From: Chiloscyllium plagiosum
Lineage: Eukaryota
Assembly: GCF_004010195.1 (NCBI RefSeq)
Contig: NC_057731.1
Location: 17,946,720 to 18,010,457 of the forward strand
DNA: 63,738 nucleotides
Reading direction: 5' to 3'
The translations under genes and the position numbers were made by a program. Below are positions 63,531 through 63,738 of the stretch, piece after piece. The notes below the pieces were generated by a model, which worked only from the letters and a program-made list of their open reading frames with translations, made no database searches and had not been told where the DNA came from. How positions within the stretch are numbered: the first letter of the stretch is position 1; each line of letters starts with the position of its first letter.

Positions 63531-63738
63531 AGGTAAAAATAATGACTGCAGATGCTGTAAACCAGATTCTGGATTAGTGGTGCTGGAAGAGCACAGCAGT
63601 TCAGGCAGCATCCGAGGAGCAGTAAAATCGACGTTTCGGGCAAAAGTCCTTCATCAGGAATATAGGCAGAGAGCCTGAAGGGTGGAGAGATACGTGAGAG
63701 AAGGGTGGGGGTGGGGAGAAAGTAGCATAGAGTACAAT
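63531..63738 (-). mobile_element. Longer Penelope-like family A element running off the window, with hammerhead at 63626-63661
   Basis: Highly similar to 63003-63133; rc CUGAUGA A GGAC UUUU GCCC GAA ACGU C. Confidence 0.8.

Overview
Repeat-rich vertebrate genomic DNA, almost certainly from a shark (HE1-type tRNA-derived SINEs, many CR1 LINEs and shark-like Penelope repeats). The only host-gene sequence I can support is two consecutive + strand coding exons of terminal deoxynucleotidyl transferase (DNTT; 1331-1454 and 9250-9382, 124 and 133 bp). I found no further DNTT exon in the remaining ~54 kb, which starts with a round 500-N gap, so continuity is uncertain. The rest is nested transposon debris: a young antisense CR1 ORF2, a TSD-bounded Gypsy element carrying several later insertions, a second Gypsy gag-pro relic, a solo LTR, RTE and other LINE fragments, probable Harbinger Myb/SANT relics, SINEs and a MITE. 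The most striking signal is about 15 short Penelope-like insertions from several families, many with 11-16 bp TSDs, most carrying minimal hammerhead ribozyme cores (CUGAUGA/CUGAAGA-stem II-GAA-palindrome-cleavage site). Two of them are foldback elements that encode a ribozyme on each strand. All calls were made by eye without alignment tools.
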